From assembly GCA_000320545.1 (NCBI GenBank), contig ADNK01000342.1:53504-117503 (forward strand): a stretch of DNA of 64,000 bases, read 5' to 3'. The notes below the pieces were generated by a model. The model was not told where the DNA came from. It saw only the letters and a program-made list of their open reading frames with translations, and did not search any database. Positions 42,963 through 57,098 of this stretch are shown piece after piece; the first letter of the stretch is position 1; every line of letters begins with the position of its first letter. Source of the DNA: Bigelowiella natans CCMP2755. Its lineage: Eukaryota > Protista > Cercozoa. Both the position numbers and the translations under genes were made by a program.

Positions 42963-44461
42963 ATGAGGAAAGGAAGGGGGGTTCAGTGGTGTTTGTTGGT
43001 GTTGGTCACATTCATTGCACTGAAGATTCTCCGAAGCTGTGAGGAGGAAAAGAGTAAGAACGAGAGTACCAGAAAGAAGAAGAAGATAGCCAATGTCACT
43101 AATAGCGAACGAAAATCCTTACAGTATAAGCGTTATCATTTTTTGGGGCTAAAAGTGGTCCCATGGTCATCGCTTACTTTAAAAAAATAAAAAAAAGAAC
43201 ACGGTGCAACGTGCATGCAGGTACTTTCCTCTCATCAGTGGGAAAATCAGCGACACGCAAATTCTCGTGGTCATCACCCTCTTGTTCCGAGGACAAGCCC
43301 CCAAATAATGCCAATGAAGGAGAAGGAGATGTCAGACAGACAGGAGGAGGAGATAAAAAAGATGGACTTTTTCGAGTGGGCGATAAAGTTTATGTTACTG
43401 TGAAAAAGGGGTCAGTTATGTGTGTTATTACTTCGTAGAATACTCCAGTAAATAAATATCTTATTTGCAGGTGGGCGAAAGATCGCTCGATCCGTGGAAG
43501 AATCGTGAGAAATAAAGACATTAAGACGCCACCAGGCCACTACTGGGTCCAGCTTTCACCTGACTCGCTCACTGCCTGCAGATTGGGGTAGATGTATTGC
43601 ACTTATCACATAGATGATACAAACAACAACTAAATCACGATTATCGACCTCACCATTAAGGCAAAGCAATAGTGGTAGTAGGATTAGTAGTAGTAGTGGT
43701 AGTAGTAGTGGTAGTAGTAGTTGTAGTAGTAGTAGTAGTAGTGCCAATAGCTTCTAACACGTATCATTGAGATTGCGTAATATTAATTGTTACAAAGATT
43801 CCCGCCAAACATGCGCCTACGGGTTGTCGAGAGCGCACTTTCAAGGATGCACAGCAAAGACTACGATGTGAATATTTTTTAAATTTATTCCGCTTGTTTG
43901 CATTCATACATTTCTATTTTTCAGTCTGAAGAGACTGGAAACAGGAGTGGCAGTCGAGAGGACGATGCAGAGGACGATGCAATCGCTAATATGGAGGACT
44001 CTGAGAACCAAAGCAACTACTTTCCACAAAGTATCATATTTTCTACGAGGTCAGGATTAGCTCCGAGTCTTGAAGATACGGTAGTTCTTCAAAATGCTCA
44101 TGGTTTTGGAGGACATGTATAGGCGCTAGCATAGTCTATCTTCAGGAATCACGGTTATGCAAGGGAATATTTGAATTTACATAAGAATTATTGATGGATG
44201 CAACCCACCATTCTACCCCCCTTTCTCAAGGTTCTGCGCGTGATAAAGAAGAGAGTAACGAGCAAAGAAAGATACTACACCAGACGGGAGATAAGGAAGG
44301 AACTTAAGGCAAAATGTGCTGTAAATGTGCATTTAAGGTCGGGCATTTGAATAGCTTTCATCATTATGTATTCCTTCTGAAGAATTTTATGTGCATGTTG
44401 TACTATTCAGCGCTCAAATACGAGATTGGTTCGAGAGTATCTTTCGTTTCGTCAGCACTAA
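42963..44461 (+). CDS. Hypothetical protein with an N-terminal hydrophobic anchor/signal; exon chain tentative
   Basis: MRKGRGVQWCLLVLVTFIALKIL start, a series of GT-AG-bounded open segments (FRVGDKVYVTVKKG|WAKDRSIRGRIV...HYWVQL, loosely SH3/KOW-like) and an acidic segment at ~43925-44010. No family recognised. Confidence 0.45.
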
Positions 44462-44580
44462 AACGCAATTATGAGCGTTGATAGCATTGAAAGAAAGAAA
44501 GAAAGAAAGAAACTTGAAATAGTCATACATAGTCACTATTTCCGTCTTTTGTGCTGAATTATCAGCACAGCACGATGCGA

Positions 44581-45520
44581 ATGACACATTACAAGAACTG
44601 CAACAGGTGTTTGCACTGACTAGCTGGAGATGACAATGCACAATGATTAGATGAAGTCATTGCAATCCGCAGATGCACAATGCAAAACCAATGGTGCGCA
44701 ATGTTTGCTAGGTTGCTGTGTAGTGAGCTCACACGTGCTGAGATGAACGGCAAATGTGCACCATTGAAGTGCAACACGCCAGCGTCATGCACGCATCAAA
44801 ATGCACTTGAGCTGCGATGAACAGACGACACATCTTGCAGGTGACAAATTGAGACGTCTCTGCGCTCACACGTTCTAGCTAGCTAGCGTTGTGTGCATGA
44901 TCATGTGCACTGTTCGATCGACTGGTGCACCACACTGCTAGACTGGCTAGCTGGCACTGCTCTAGCTGCTGGCACATGCCAAATGCGACAAGTGCCGCAC
45001 AGCATTGAAACGATTTTGTCCAATTTGCAAAGCAAACTTTCGGCAATCGTTGCCATGGTGCACCGCTAGAGCGGCTCCAGGCTAGCAGGGCTGGGAACTC
45101 AGACAAGACGCATGCGTCATCGACGTGGTTTCACGACACGTTTGCACGCGGCTGAGCTGCTGTGCTGGCGTGCACGCACACGAGCTTGTTGACGTTTGGG
45201 CACCCGAGTCTACAACCACCTCTCAGAACCTGCTGATCTCACTCATTGAAGATTTGCAAACCGTCCAGGCTGCCGTGGCACGTGGCCAAGAAAGATGGAC
45301 GCGAGCAGTCAGCATGGTCGCTGCTCGGTTGCAATGTTGACGGAAAAAAAATCAAGGCGATTTTAGCAAAATGAAAGCAAGGATGATCAGATTCTGACAA
45401 ATTTCCCCTTGCTGTTGTGGATTGCATGGTGCTCAGTTTGGTGAGCTCATCAGTGCAAAACACCTTGAAGAAGAACATTCAAGTGAGTCTGGCAGTGCGG
45501 ATCACAGACGGACGTTGCGC
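44581..45520. other. TpA-depleted, TG/CA-rich intergenic block
   Basis: Manual count: ~15 TpA in ~940 bp, 10 of them in CTAG. Confidence 0.9.
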
Positions 45521-45549
45521 TTCGCTACACTGGGACTCATAAATAGGCG

Positions 45550-45831
45550 ATGAAGTCGTCTCTCTTCAGTGCTGTTATCTATTTCTCTCTGTTGGTCGCA
45601 TGTGAGGCACAGGGAAAGGTCGCCCCGCTACTTCCTTCCGAGTTCTATGCGAATATGTTACAGAACAAGTTCAATCAGGTCTGTTATAATGCTTGACTCT
45701 TTTGTGTGTGCTATTCAAAAAGTGGTTTGCTACCACTGCATTGGTCATGTACAATTTGTGAGAATGTGCTTGCGTGTGTTTGAATGTGTATGTATACATG
45801 TGTGTTTGTGTTTGTGTTGTGTTTGTGTGTT

Positions 45832-45869
<38 letters not shown>

Positions 45870-47200
45870 CCGTGTACTTTGGAGTGTGTTTGGGATATAG
45901 GGGATAGGTAGAGTTTGTACGTGTAGCTGCATTTGCTCTAAAGATGAAATGGGTTGTTCCCATTCATATGAAAACGCACGGATCATCCCGCACACATACA
46001 CATACACTCATTTCCCTTTGTACATACTCGCCCAGCTGCACACTCATACGAAAATAAAACCTACAACAGAACGGCTTCGGTGTGAACCATACTTGCTCTG
46101 GAACATACTACAGCTCCCTTTCCCAAATGATGGTGCGCGCTGATTGCACTGCAGCTGGGTACATCAGCAACAATGCTAGTATAGTATCCCATCTCCTACC
46201 CAAAGTTCAGTAATTCTCTCCTTGATGGACTTCAAGAACAACTTGAACACGGTATGATGAAGTTTGCACAGACACGCAAGCTGCAATAATTTCTCTACCC
46301 GCGTCCATCTGATTTGCATGTGCACCCATCCGGGTCAATGTTTGTCCATCCTTCTGTCCATTTGTGTGATAGTATTGTGATCGTGGCATTAGGTTGTTAC
46401 CTGGAACAATCTCGGGTCGAATCCAACTTGTTGGAAGGGCCCATGCGGTTGGCTACCACCACTTGAGCCGACCTTTTTGAGGGATAACCATGCCATTTAC
46501 GGAGGCACTGAGAACACTAAATTCGATGGGGAGTGCGAGAAGTGGCAGTTCTTAGCTAAAGGGTATTCAAAAACACAGATATACCCACATTCCTCACAAG
46601 GCGTCTTCTGCTCAAAACCAAATTTGATAGAAGAATGCTCCGAGATGAAATTACATCAAAAATTCACACAAATCCATCCCTGAATCACTATCATGAGAAT
46701 TGTTCGTTTTTAGGAGCACGTTTTTCACATTCTACTTCAACAAGTTCCAGCAGTTGACTAGGTTCAACTTCGTCAGTTACGATCCAAACCAGCAAGAGGT
46801 CCAGGCCATTATGTTTCTTTATGCGTTGATAACGCCTTTGTTCTGGTGGCTATGAGTCGCGATGCTGTCATTTAATTGTAGATTTATTATCAGGTCGGAG
46901 TAAATAACCAATTTTTCAATGTGGTGACTGGAAACAGTTCATTACTTCCACCTGCGATCTTCTCAGGCTCCGGTATTGAAATGGTGATGTGAAAGAGGGT
47001 GTTGCATACTGTATGTGTTTCTTTGTGCGTGAAGAAGATGTATAAACATGTGTTTGTGTGCTAGTTGGTAACCCTGCGAGAGTTGTTTACAAATTGGTTT
47101 TGTGTTGCCACGTGCAGGAAACTGTCCAAACGGATCCGTGGAAGAGATTGCAAAGACGGAGATTAGTCTGACCAGTCTGTTTGCCACTGATGAACACTGA
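45550..47200 (+). CDS. Secreted protein of ~200 aa, probably ependymin-related/LolA-like fold; 7 exons, essentially missed by the ORF track
   Basis: Phase-consistent splice chain: MKSSLFSAVIYFSLLVACEA(signal)QGKVAPLLPSEFYANMLQNKFNQ|NGFGVNHTCSGTYYSSLSQMMVRADCTAAG|SVILSLMDFKNNLNT|VVTWNNL...CEKWQFLAKG|STFFTFYFN...|VGVNNQFFNVVTGNSSLLPPAIFSGS|GNCP...DEH*. The family assignment is inference. Confidence 0.78.
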
Positions 47201-48188
47201 GCATCATTTAGATATTATATGCATGTATGGGGCATGGGCTATTTTGTAGCGTGGCGCTTCATGTTACCTTGATGCCTTTCGTGCATTAATGAGCTCTTCA
47301 CATAGTCATAAAAATGGTTTTATGCGTAAAGAAAGTCGTTTTGGTGAAAACTTCCAGATTGCCTTCATTTGACTTTCGCGGTGTCGGGTACTTTTTTATG
47401 GCTTGCGGATGTGAAACCAATGATGGTGCAAGTTGTCTAGCTGCAATGTAGCATTTTTTGGCGAACTAGCGAGGCTGCGATGTCACGTACGCACTCGTCT
47501 GCAGACTTTTGCCATTGTTACGAAATGTTTGCTAGTGTGTTACTATACGCCTGTGCACATGCAAAACGTACATCCGCATCTCTCGAAATGAACACAATGC
47601 TAGAATGCGCCATCACCTTTGCTAGTCAACCACATGTGCAGCAATTATACAATGCCTAGGATCTAGAAGATATCATGCTGCTGCCTGCGGTATTTCGACT
47701 TAATACTTGCAAATGCTGGCACATCATAGCAGTACCAATGTATGCTCATGCATCCACTATGCAAATGGTCTTCGAAATTGTAAACAGTCTAACAGTGTGG
47801 TTTAACATGTGCAGATGTAGAAAGCAATTAACATGATTATAAATTAGACTTCATGATTTGCAACAAACATCTTATTTGTTTTCGATAAATTAAATTCCAA
47901 AGGATGCTTGAGTGGGAGCGCATCTAGCTCTTGATTAAAACGACAACATCTTACCATCTATTTGCACAATAAATCTTGGTGACAATACCGGACTTGTTAA
48001 ATAAAGATGGCAAAATGTGTGTATGCACTGTTTTGCATTGTATCTTGGCAGGAAAATATCTTCGTTTATTCCCTGCTCAATAAACAGAGTCAACTAAGCA
48101 CAGAACGCACAAGCCTAAGCTTTGGGTAAAAAATACCAACGGATATAAAGGGGGCAGTAGTTGTAAATACTAGTCGTGAGCCCGTGCA

Positions 48189-48486
48189 TCATGACGAGCC
48201 TAAATGATGGATGTTGTTGATTAATACCTACGAGATAATTCCGATCAAAAACTATCCGTTACCTTCGCATTTGAGTAGAAATTTGTGTTATGATCATAAA
48301 CCTGCATGGTCAGGAAACATCAGGAAGTAAGCAGCAGTGTATATTATTATCAATAAGCAAACCGTGCTTCTTCACTATCTTTTGTCCTCATTATTATGAA
48401 TGATGATCCAATTACTCATATTGTTATTATTAAGAATGATGATCCAATTAATCATATTCTGGGGAAATGTAGTACGGATAGGGTAC

Positions 48487-48532
<46 letters not shown>

Positions 48533-49710
48533 GAGAGACGGAGAGTTTTCAAAGCTTTTGCTTTGATTGCTGCTTAGTAATACCACTCCAGGAAATTCTT
48601 TTGCCTTTGGATCTAGCTTGGAAAGATCGTATCGTCGCTGAATACACGGATTGATATTGCTTGATCACATAATAACTGACATCAAACGTATGGCAACAAC
48701 TGCAATTCCGAGATGATACTCGTGAATGGAAATATTTTGTTGGATTTAATCTTACGAAAGGTTGAGCAAGCGTGATCGCTACAAGCAGTAGCAACGATCA
48801 GCAGCAACGATCATCACTGCTGCTACTACTACTAATACTACTACTACTACTACTACCTCTTGCCAACCGTAGTGGCTCGGTGTGAGTTCTATAACGGTGT
48901 TCTTAGGAATACGAATGGTGTGGTAGCTAAGAAGATCACATCACCACCGAACAAGGAAGAGTCAATCAATGAGAGAGAGAGAAAGAGAGAGAGAGGGGGG
49001 CTGGTGATGAGCTGAGCATTCTATATGTTGTGTTGTGTGTGTTTATGAGGTGGGTACAAAGCAAGGCGGCTATGATAATGCTAAATATACGAATAATAAT
49101 TATTAATAATGAAGAGCAAAAGCACATTAAAAATCTTGTACAGACGGGTGTCACGCATACATCAATGGATGATGCGTGTAAGATGGTATAGATGGCAGGA
49201 AACGTTGACTCAGCTTACTTCTCAGGCCTAAATTTATGTCCAAGGAAGTACCCATACAGGACCTTTCCAAAGGAATAAGAGATATTATTCATGATGATGA
49301 TAATGATGATGGCGATTTTTGCAAGGAAGAGGAGATATAAAGACGAAAAGTAGTATTTCTTTGTAGTAGGGAGGAAAAAGAACGATCACTGTGTACTGCG
49401 TATGGAGGAAGTGCACAACAACGACAACGACATAGCCCTCTCCTCCTACCCCCAATCATTATTATTATTATTATTATTATTATCATCATCGTTATTATTT
49501 TGTTATTGCTTTTCAACCAGCAGCGGCTATGACGTGGTTACTATAGGTGCGACTACTACTACTGCTACCACTACTACTAATACTACTACTACTACTGCTT
49601 ATACCTGCAGAGTGGACACATGGCTGATGACTGCAACAGGCCTCACATGACCTGTGATTTATTACTGTGTTCAGATACTGTAACCAACAAGGAAGAGAGA
49701 AGGAGGGAGG

Positions 49711-49757
<47 letters not shown>

Positions 49758-50416
49758 GCAGCAGCAGGAATATCCTCTTTTTCTTATTTTTCCTTTTTTA
49801 TACACATAACCACCACTAGTGTACGACTACGAGTATGAGTAGCAGTAGTAGTAGTAGTAGCAGTACCTTCAAGTTCCATGACTAATGTTTGTAGTTTTTG
49901 CACAAGGTCCTGTGATGGTGGTGGTGGTGGAAAATACATTTGTTGTTGTTATTGTGGACGGATCAATATCAAAGTAATTGTTTAGTTGTTATAACTTGGT
50001 TGATCTTTCTACTAATTTATCAGACATACTAAGAAGAAGGTGTGTGCAAGCAACTATCACCACCTTGACCATTGTTAATCTCTGTCATCTACTCTTTTAC
50101 TTACTATCACCATCTTCTTCCTCTTTCTTCTCCCCCCACTTAATAATAATAATAATAATAATAATATCGCAACAATACAAAATCATCATAGAAAAGTTGA
50201 CAACTGACTTGCTGCGACTCGCCGGCCGGAAATCGATACGTAAAAGGATTTTCCTTCCATTGGAAGAATCTTTGATGATCAAATTATTGTCCGTTAGATT
50301 GTAGTAGTAGCAGTAGTAGTAGTAGCAAGTAGTAGTAGTGAGTCAAATTAACAAAATCCAGACTTAACTAAATAAGTAGAAAGTCTACGAAGAATGTGGC
50401 AAAGCCATCATCATCG

Positions 50417-50456
<40 letters not shown>

Positions 50457-50669
50457 ATAATATATATGTTTCACACAAAGCCGTTCTTATCCTCTCTCTC
50501 TCTCCCTGTCTCTCTCTCTCTCCCTTTGCTCTTGCCTATTTTCCTCATATTTCATCGTGGACGACGTCGTAGTCGTGTTGTTTCAAGTACTACTAGTAGT
50601 AACTAGTCCCTTACTCTTCCGGCATGGCTTGTTCCATATCCTCATATGTCATTCCAGTGCATGCCCCTA

Positions 50670-50713
<44 letters not shown>

Positions 50714-50869
50714 GGTTATACAGGAAGAAAGAAAATGATTCTGCCCTTAGAAACAAATGATAAATTTAGTGTATATGTGTAGTAGTATGGTGATCTAATC
50801 CATTTTCTGATATCATAAACAACTTGACCACATTTTCCCTATTATCACCGGAATTCACATGCACCTACT

Positions 50870-50907
<38 letters not shown>

Positions 50908-51295
50908 CAAGGTGACAGAGATAGATAAAATATAGCACTTCTTGAAGTGAAGTGTAAGTTAATGAATGAGCACCACCAGCAGCACCACCACCATTACCTG
51001 CGTTGAGAGAGTTGAGAGCAGGATGGATAATAATGTTGGTAGGCAATTCTCTTGCAGTTGCTACCGCTCGTGGCTGACCCGATGTGTAGACAATAATCTA
51101 CGACGACGAGGAGGAGGAGGAGGAGGAGAGAGAAGATGCATAAAGGCAGACAAGTCATAGTGTACAGCTAATGATGAGAGAAGAAGAAGAAGAAGAAGAA
51201 GAAGAGCTGTACATATTATCATCTTGTGAATTCACGTGGTACTCAGCAGCACCACACACATACACACAGATACACATACACACAGCATACACGCC

Positions 51296-51329
<34 letters not shown>

Positions 51330-51774
51330 ATATACCACCTGCATTTCCTGACGATTGATAGACTTAGGTGGCCGATTCCTCCTTTTCACCTTCTCCTCCT
51401 TCTCTTCATCATTATTTCTTCTTCTTCTTCTTAATAGCATTTTGCCCTTGGAGGAATGATTCTCCTCCTCCTCCTCCTCATCATCATTATATTTGGCTAA
51501 CGATAGGTTGCTAATACTGTCCCTAGTGAAGGCCACTCTTGTTCTCTCCTCCTCCTCCTCCTCCTCCTCCTCGTCTTTATCTGCACTGCTAGCCGCCCCC
51601 ATGCTACTAATAGAACTGCTGCTAAAGTTTCTTTCAAAAGAGTTGGAGGAGGCAAGGGCATAATCATATTGAGTACTTGTCGTTCCCGAGGAGGAAGATC
51701 CTAAGAGGAGAGAGGGGGGGGGGGTGCCTGGAGTCCTTCCCGTTGTAGGTTTCAATGGGGGGGTATCTTGCTGA

Positions 51775-51805
<31 letters not shown>

Positions 51806-52572
51806 TCTGAAACTGAAAGGACTTGATAGTAAATTGTGTAGGAGCTCTCTCCTTACTCAAGGCGGGTGGGGGCAGCTTGCTAATAGGAGATCTCACCATC
51901 GGCATCTTCTTCTCCCTCAGTGTCCTCTCACCATCACCATGATCATAATCAAGAATAGCACCTCTTCGTTCTGCTGCTGCTGCTGCTGCAACAATATTAT
52001 CACTGCTAGTGCTTCTTCTTGGGATGCTCTTATTACTTCTGCGACAACGAATGATATTCTTACTACTGCTGCATCTTGGAGTGTTAAAACTAATACTACT
52101 GTTGCTGCTGTTGCTACTATGATCGCCAAAAGAAGAGTAGGAGCTTAACTTGCCATCCTTCTCCACTCTACTACCACCCTCCTTGCTGCTTCGAAACCTA
52201 TTCTTTCCTCCCCCTCCCTTCTTTCGTGAGGATGGTGATGACTCTGTTGTTGTCCTCCCCCCCTCATGCTGCTGGAAACGGGGTTCAGACAGGGACCTCT
52301 TTGAAAGAGAGAAGGAGGAGGAGAAGAAGGAGGAGGAGGAGGAGAAAAATACAACGATTCCAATGCGTGAATATACACACATATACAGATATATAAATAT
52401 AGAGCATGTTGCTGCGTTATGATGGCGAAATACAAAAAATCGGTGATCTCATCCTCCTCCTTTTCATACCCATTCTTCCTCCTCTTCTTAGTTCTAGTAC
52501 ACGCTGATAGGATCTATTTTATTGATTTAAAAATCGAGTATTTTTCTATAACCCGTGCAAATTCTTCTTCTT

Positions 52573-52606
<34 letters not shown>

Positions 52607-52973
52607 CATCCTCCTCGTAGTAGTAGCTGCAGGAGACGAAATATTGGGTGGTTTTGTGGCTGCATCATATCGAGGCAGTATATCGGCGTTCCAACGTTGG
52701 CACCTGTATTATTATGATTATCACTATTAGAGGAGGAGGAGGAGGAGGGGGAATAGTGATACATATCCACATTAACATGGATATATTCCACTACTACTAC
52801 TGTCAAACTCATCATCATCATCATCATCCTTTTGACGACGTCGTAAATTATAAAGGACTACTAGTGAACAACACCACCAACAACAACATAGACTACTTCT
52901 TCTACTACTACTACTTCTTCTTCTTTTTCCATCATCTTAATTATCAGCCAATGGGCTCCGCAGTAGGATGATA

Positions 52974-53009
<36 letters not shown>

Positions 53010-54616
53010 TGAAGTAATCAATGATCTATTGTTCCCACTGTAACTCTATCATAGTTGTCGAAGCCACTATCACCATCAATATCATCATCATCATCACCAT
53101 CATCATTACTATTATCATCCTCATCATTGACTAGATTTGGTAATTCAACAACTAGGTAGTACCAATCGATGCTCTTTCGAGTGAGGAACTTCGAGAGCGT
53201 CTTGGCGAATTTTTCTCCTCCTTTATCCAGCTTTTGTTGATCTTCGATGTCGCATGCTGTTGAACGAAGGGGAGGACGATAAAAAGTAGCAACATGACCA
53301 GGACGACGGCAGGGAGGAGGAGGAGGAGGAGGAGGAGGAGGAGGAGGAGGATGAAAAAGATTCTGCAATTTAATGCGATGGTCCTTAATTCATAGCCACG
53401 ATAAAAAATGTAGGCTAGTGGCGTGAGAATGATAGATGATGAAGAAGATAACGTGCTGCAAACAAACAATTTATAGTAATTATTCAACTAATTACCAACA
53501 CATCATTTGGACTAATTATTAACACACTTTATCCGAGCGCATTGAACCATACTACAATTTTCACCATCACCATCATGTGATGATGATGACAATGATGATG
53601 ATGACAATGATGATGATGACAATGATGATGATGATGATGATGATGATGAAGATGATATAGATACCGTTCAGCCAGGAGGAAAGGCTTTTAGGTGTCCTTA
53701 CAACTGGTCTTGACCTTCCCATCGTAGGAGCAGGAGGAGGGGTAGGAGGAGCATGGGATGGCACTGACGACGATGATGATGATGATGATATCACATAGCT
53801 TTGTGTTCGAGGATGATGATGATGATGATGATGACGACGATGCTGAGGATGTCGATATTGATGATGATGATGATGATGATAATGATGATGAGGGCTTGTT
53901 CTTGGTGTTTGGTGTTTGCGGCGAGATCCAGATGATGGTGATCTTGGTGGAGAAGAATACGGAGAAGTAACAGTAGTATTAGTCTTGTGCATCCCAATAG
54001 AGTGCGATTTCTCGCTGCTCGCAGTAGGACTCAAACACTTCCCATCCTCCTCAGTATAACCACCCTGCTGCTGCTGCTGCTGTTTCTGTTTCTGTTGCTG
54101 AGCCTTTGACTCTTTCCACTCGTCTATTATTAAAAAAACGCACATACAAAATGTTGGTTGTTAAAATCTAGATGACAGCAATGAAAGTAGTAAGGAGCTA
54201 CAAAGCTATTTTACTAGTGGATGCAGTAGGAAGAAAGAGATGGAAAAACAACAACAACTAGTGTGCCTATTCGAAGATTGATCATCTCCTAGTGATTGAT
54301 GATCATCTAGTAGTAAGTACGTGTTGCAAAGGATAGCATAGTGGAGTGATCTGGGGCTTGAGTGGTCCCGGTGAGGCAGAGATAGATTGGAGATAAGTAG
54401 ACGTGAAGGTTCATTAAGAACGATAAGATTAGCTGAGAAGAAGAAGCAGAAGAAGAAGAAGAAGAAGAAGAAGAAGAAGAAGAAAAAATATATATTACAC
54501 ATAGTAGAAGTGATGAACAACAACGACAAGATTAGCTGAGAAGAAGGAAGAATTCTTCATTCAAAGGATTTATTGCCGCAAACACACACAAACACACACA
54601 CACACACACACACACA

Positions 54617-54649
<33 letters not shown>

Positions 54650-55280
54650 TCTCACAAGTAATGTAAATCTCTTAACGACGCAGTGATGGCCTACCTGAGC
54701 GACGTTTCCATATAAGTTGTTGCAAATGACCTTCGCCTGCAGGTTGATGAGTTTGATGTAACTCAGATCGTCGGAGGATATCGTCTAAAGATGGACGTAA
54801 CAAACAATAATAATCAAAAGAAGAGAATAGAACGAACAAATATATTATTACAATTCTAAATCGATATGGATCACCAATGTTTAGCAGTAATATTACTACT
54901 GAAGTGACGACGACCTACCACTCTACTACCCATAAGAACAAGTGCTGCTGCCGCTGTATTATTCGATATTCGCTCACTCAGTATACTGTGTAGTTCTTAC
55001 ACTCATACCTCATATCTCTTCTCATAATTCGAAATCCGTGTTTTTAAATCAGCCATTGCAGCTGTAAAATTCCTGGCAAAATGCAACAAGAATAACAGCA
55101 GCAGTAACAGCAAAATGATGAAACATATAAATATTCAAGGTAAAAACAGCTAAATGGCTTCGACATCATCACGTTGGATATTATTCGACTAGCTTATTAT
55201 TCGTTCTGCAACATTATTGTTTTCTTCAGATAGAAAAATAAACTCTCCATTTATTCCATTTCCATAGTCGACTATTTCAG

Positions 55281-55328
<48 letters not shown>

Positions 55329-56567
55329 CAATTTTTGTAGTCGGGAGAATTCTTGATCTTCACCGCCATGTTATTCATCAGTACAGCCTCACTGTTGCAA
55401 ATTACCTGTTGTTTGAATATAGGAAGGAAGAGAAGGAGGAGGAGGAGGAGAAATATGGTTTGGGATAACAACAACATATCATGTCGTTCATCCTCAACAA
55501 AGACGCACATACACATCATTTCATTCACTATATGATGATACTAATTACTTCGTGTTTTACATTGTTCATACCCCATTTTCACATCAGTCAATCGTGTTTG
55601 TACATTGTCTATACGCCATTTTCACATTAGTCAATTGTTTTTCTTTTTTTTCTGATAGCATCATATTGGGTCACCTCTACAAAAACGACATTAAGGTGTG
55701 GTGACACCTCCTCACACCTGACAACCAAGCACGAAGATTAAAAACCAACAATTAACGATGAATTAACTTTCCAGGAAGCGAAGTGACGTTAATACCTTCG
55801 GAGGACGCCTCTGCGGCGTTTTTCCATTGAATTTGTGGCGTCTAAGATTATCACCTCACCACCCTGCCATGGCAGTATGGTTTAGTAGTATTTCAGCAAA
55901 GCATATCAAAATAAAAAGAGAAATTCAGTGATGCGACATACCCGGATCAAATATTCCAAGCCTCTATCCAGTGTCATAAACGCGATTTTCTCTCGCATTT
56001 CTTCGTTCTAGATGTAATTATGATGATACAACTTGTTGATAATGCACTCAAACACACGCAGCATATAATATGGACGCGTGCCTACTTTCACGTTAACACA
56101 CTCCATATTAGTTCACATGCAATAAGAAACAATAATTCCCCTAACACTCCATATTAGTTCACATGCAATAAGAAACAATAATTCTCCTAATACTTAAATA
56201 GTGGTAACAAATATTTGTAATACAGATACGTGGGGTGGGCAAGGTGGTACATATGCTTCTTCATGTTGCAAAATACCTGCCCTGTGGCGAAAAAATTTGC
56301 CTTCGATTTGCATCCGAAAAGCTATTCGGGATGAGGAAGAATCAACATACATTGCAGTTGATATGTTAATGTTTGTTGCAGATTACTCACTCACTCACTC
56401 ATTTATTGATTGACCGACCTCTCTTCTGGTTTTCCCTGCGTTGAAGATCTCGGATTCTATACCGCTCCAACATAGAAAGTTTACCTGATGATATCGAGAG
56501 CAAGATATTCAGTATTTCGGAACATGATAATTGCTTTCAACTGGAAACTAATTTCTATTGCACTGGT

Positions 56568-56637
<70 letters not shown>

Positions 56638-56760
56638 TATGCAAGTATCATAGCAAACCAGCTTGTGCGCTATGTAACTTTTCCCCCTTGCTGGTAGCCC
56701 CACTGTCGCGATCACCAGCTGGATGGCGTTGTTGTTGTTAGAATTAGCATTGATAAGATA

Positions 56761-56820
<60 letters not shown>

Positions 56821-57098
56821 CACTGCGTCCCGTTAACAGGTAGTACTTTTCGAAATTAGTCTCGGGATGTAACCACCAACCTTATTTTGCCAGGCAATGT
56901 CGCTGAAGTCGGTTTCCTCAATCCATACCCTGCGCGCTTCAGCATCGGTAAATGCTGCAGCAATCTCGCCCTAACATCATCATATAGAATGAGTGATACC
57001 TCGTCATTGTTCTTTCTCCTTAAAAAGAAAATGAGGAGCCATCTTACCTGGAGCTCAATTTCTCCGTTCACTCTTCCCTCAGGTTTCCCCGTTGTCAT
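48189..57098 (-). CDS. 6-phosphofructo-2-kinase/fructose-2,6-bisphosphatase family protein; phosphatase domain degenerate; 3' end approximate
   Basis: Kinase: LVIATVGLPARGKSYIAHKL, IFNAGKTRR, IILDATNS, VVFVE|VICN, KIKNSPDY, RISNYEKRYE, SYIKLIN. Phosphatase-like: MNLHVYLSPIYLCLTG, GEKFAKTL, VYTSGQPRAVATA, ALNSLNAG|ACTGMTYEDM, YRFPAGES, VAVISH, IPKNTVIELTPSHYG. Confidence 0.9.
48398..48460. repeat. Short direct duplication, ~36-bp period
   Basis: gaatgatgatccaatta(c/a)tcatatt occurs twice. Confidence 0.85.
56098..56190. repeat. Intronic tandem duplication, ~46-bp period, 2 copies
   Basis: acactccatattagttcacatgcaataagaaacaataattc(c/t)cctaa occurs twice. Confidence 0.95.

Noticed and set aside
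51243-52382. 379-aa ORF as a separate gene
   Set aside because: It lies between collinear PFK-2 phosphatase-domain exons on the same strand, so it is best read as a low-complexity internal exon.
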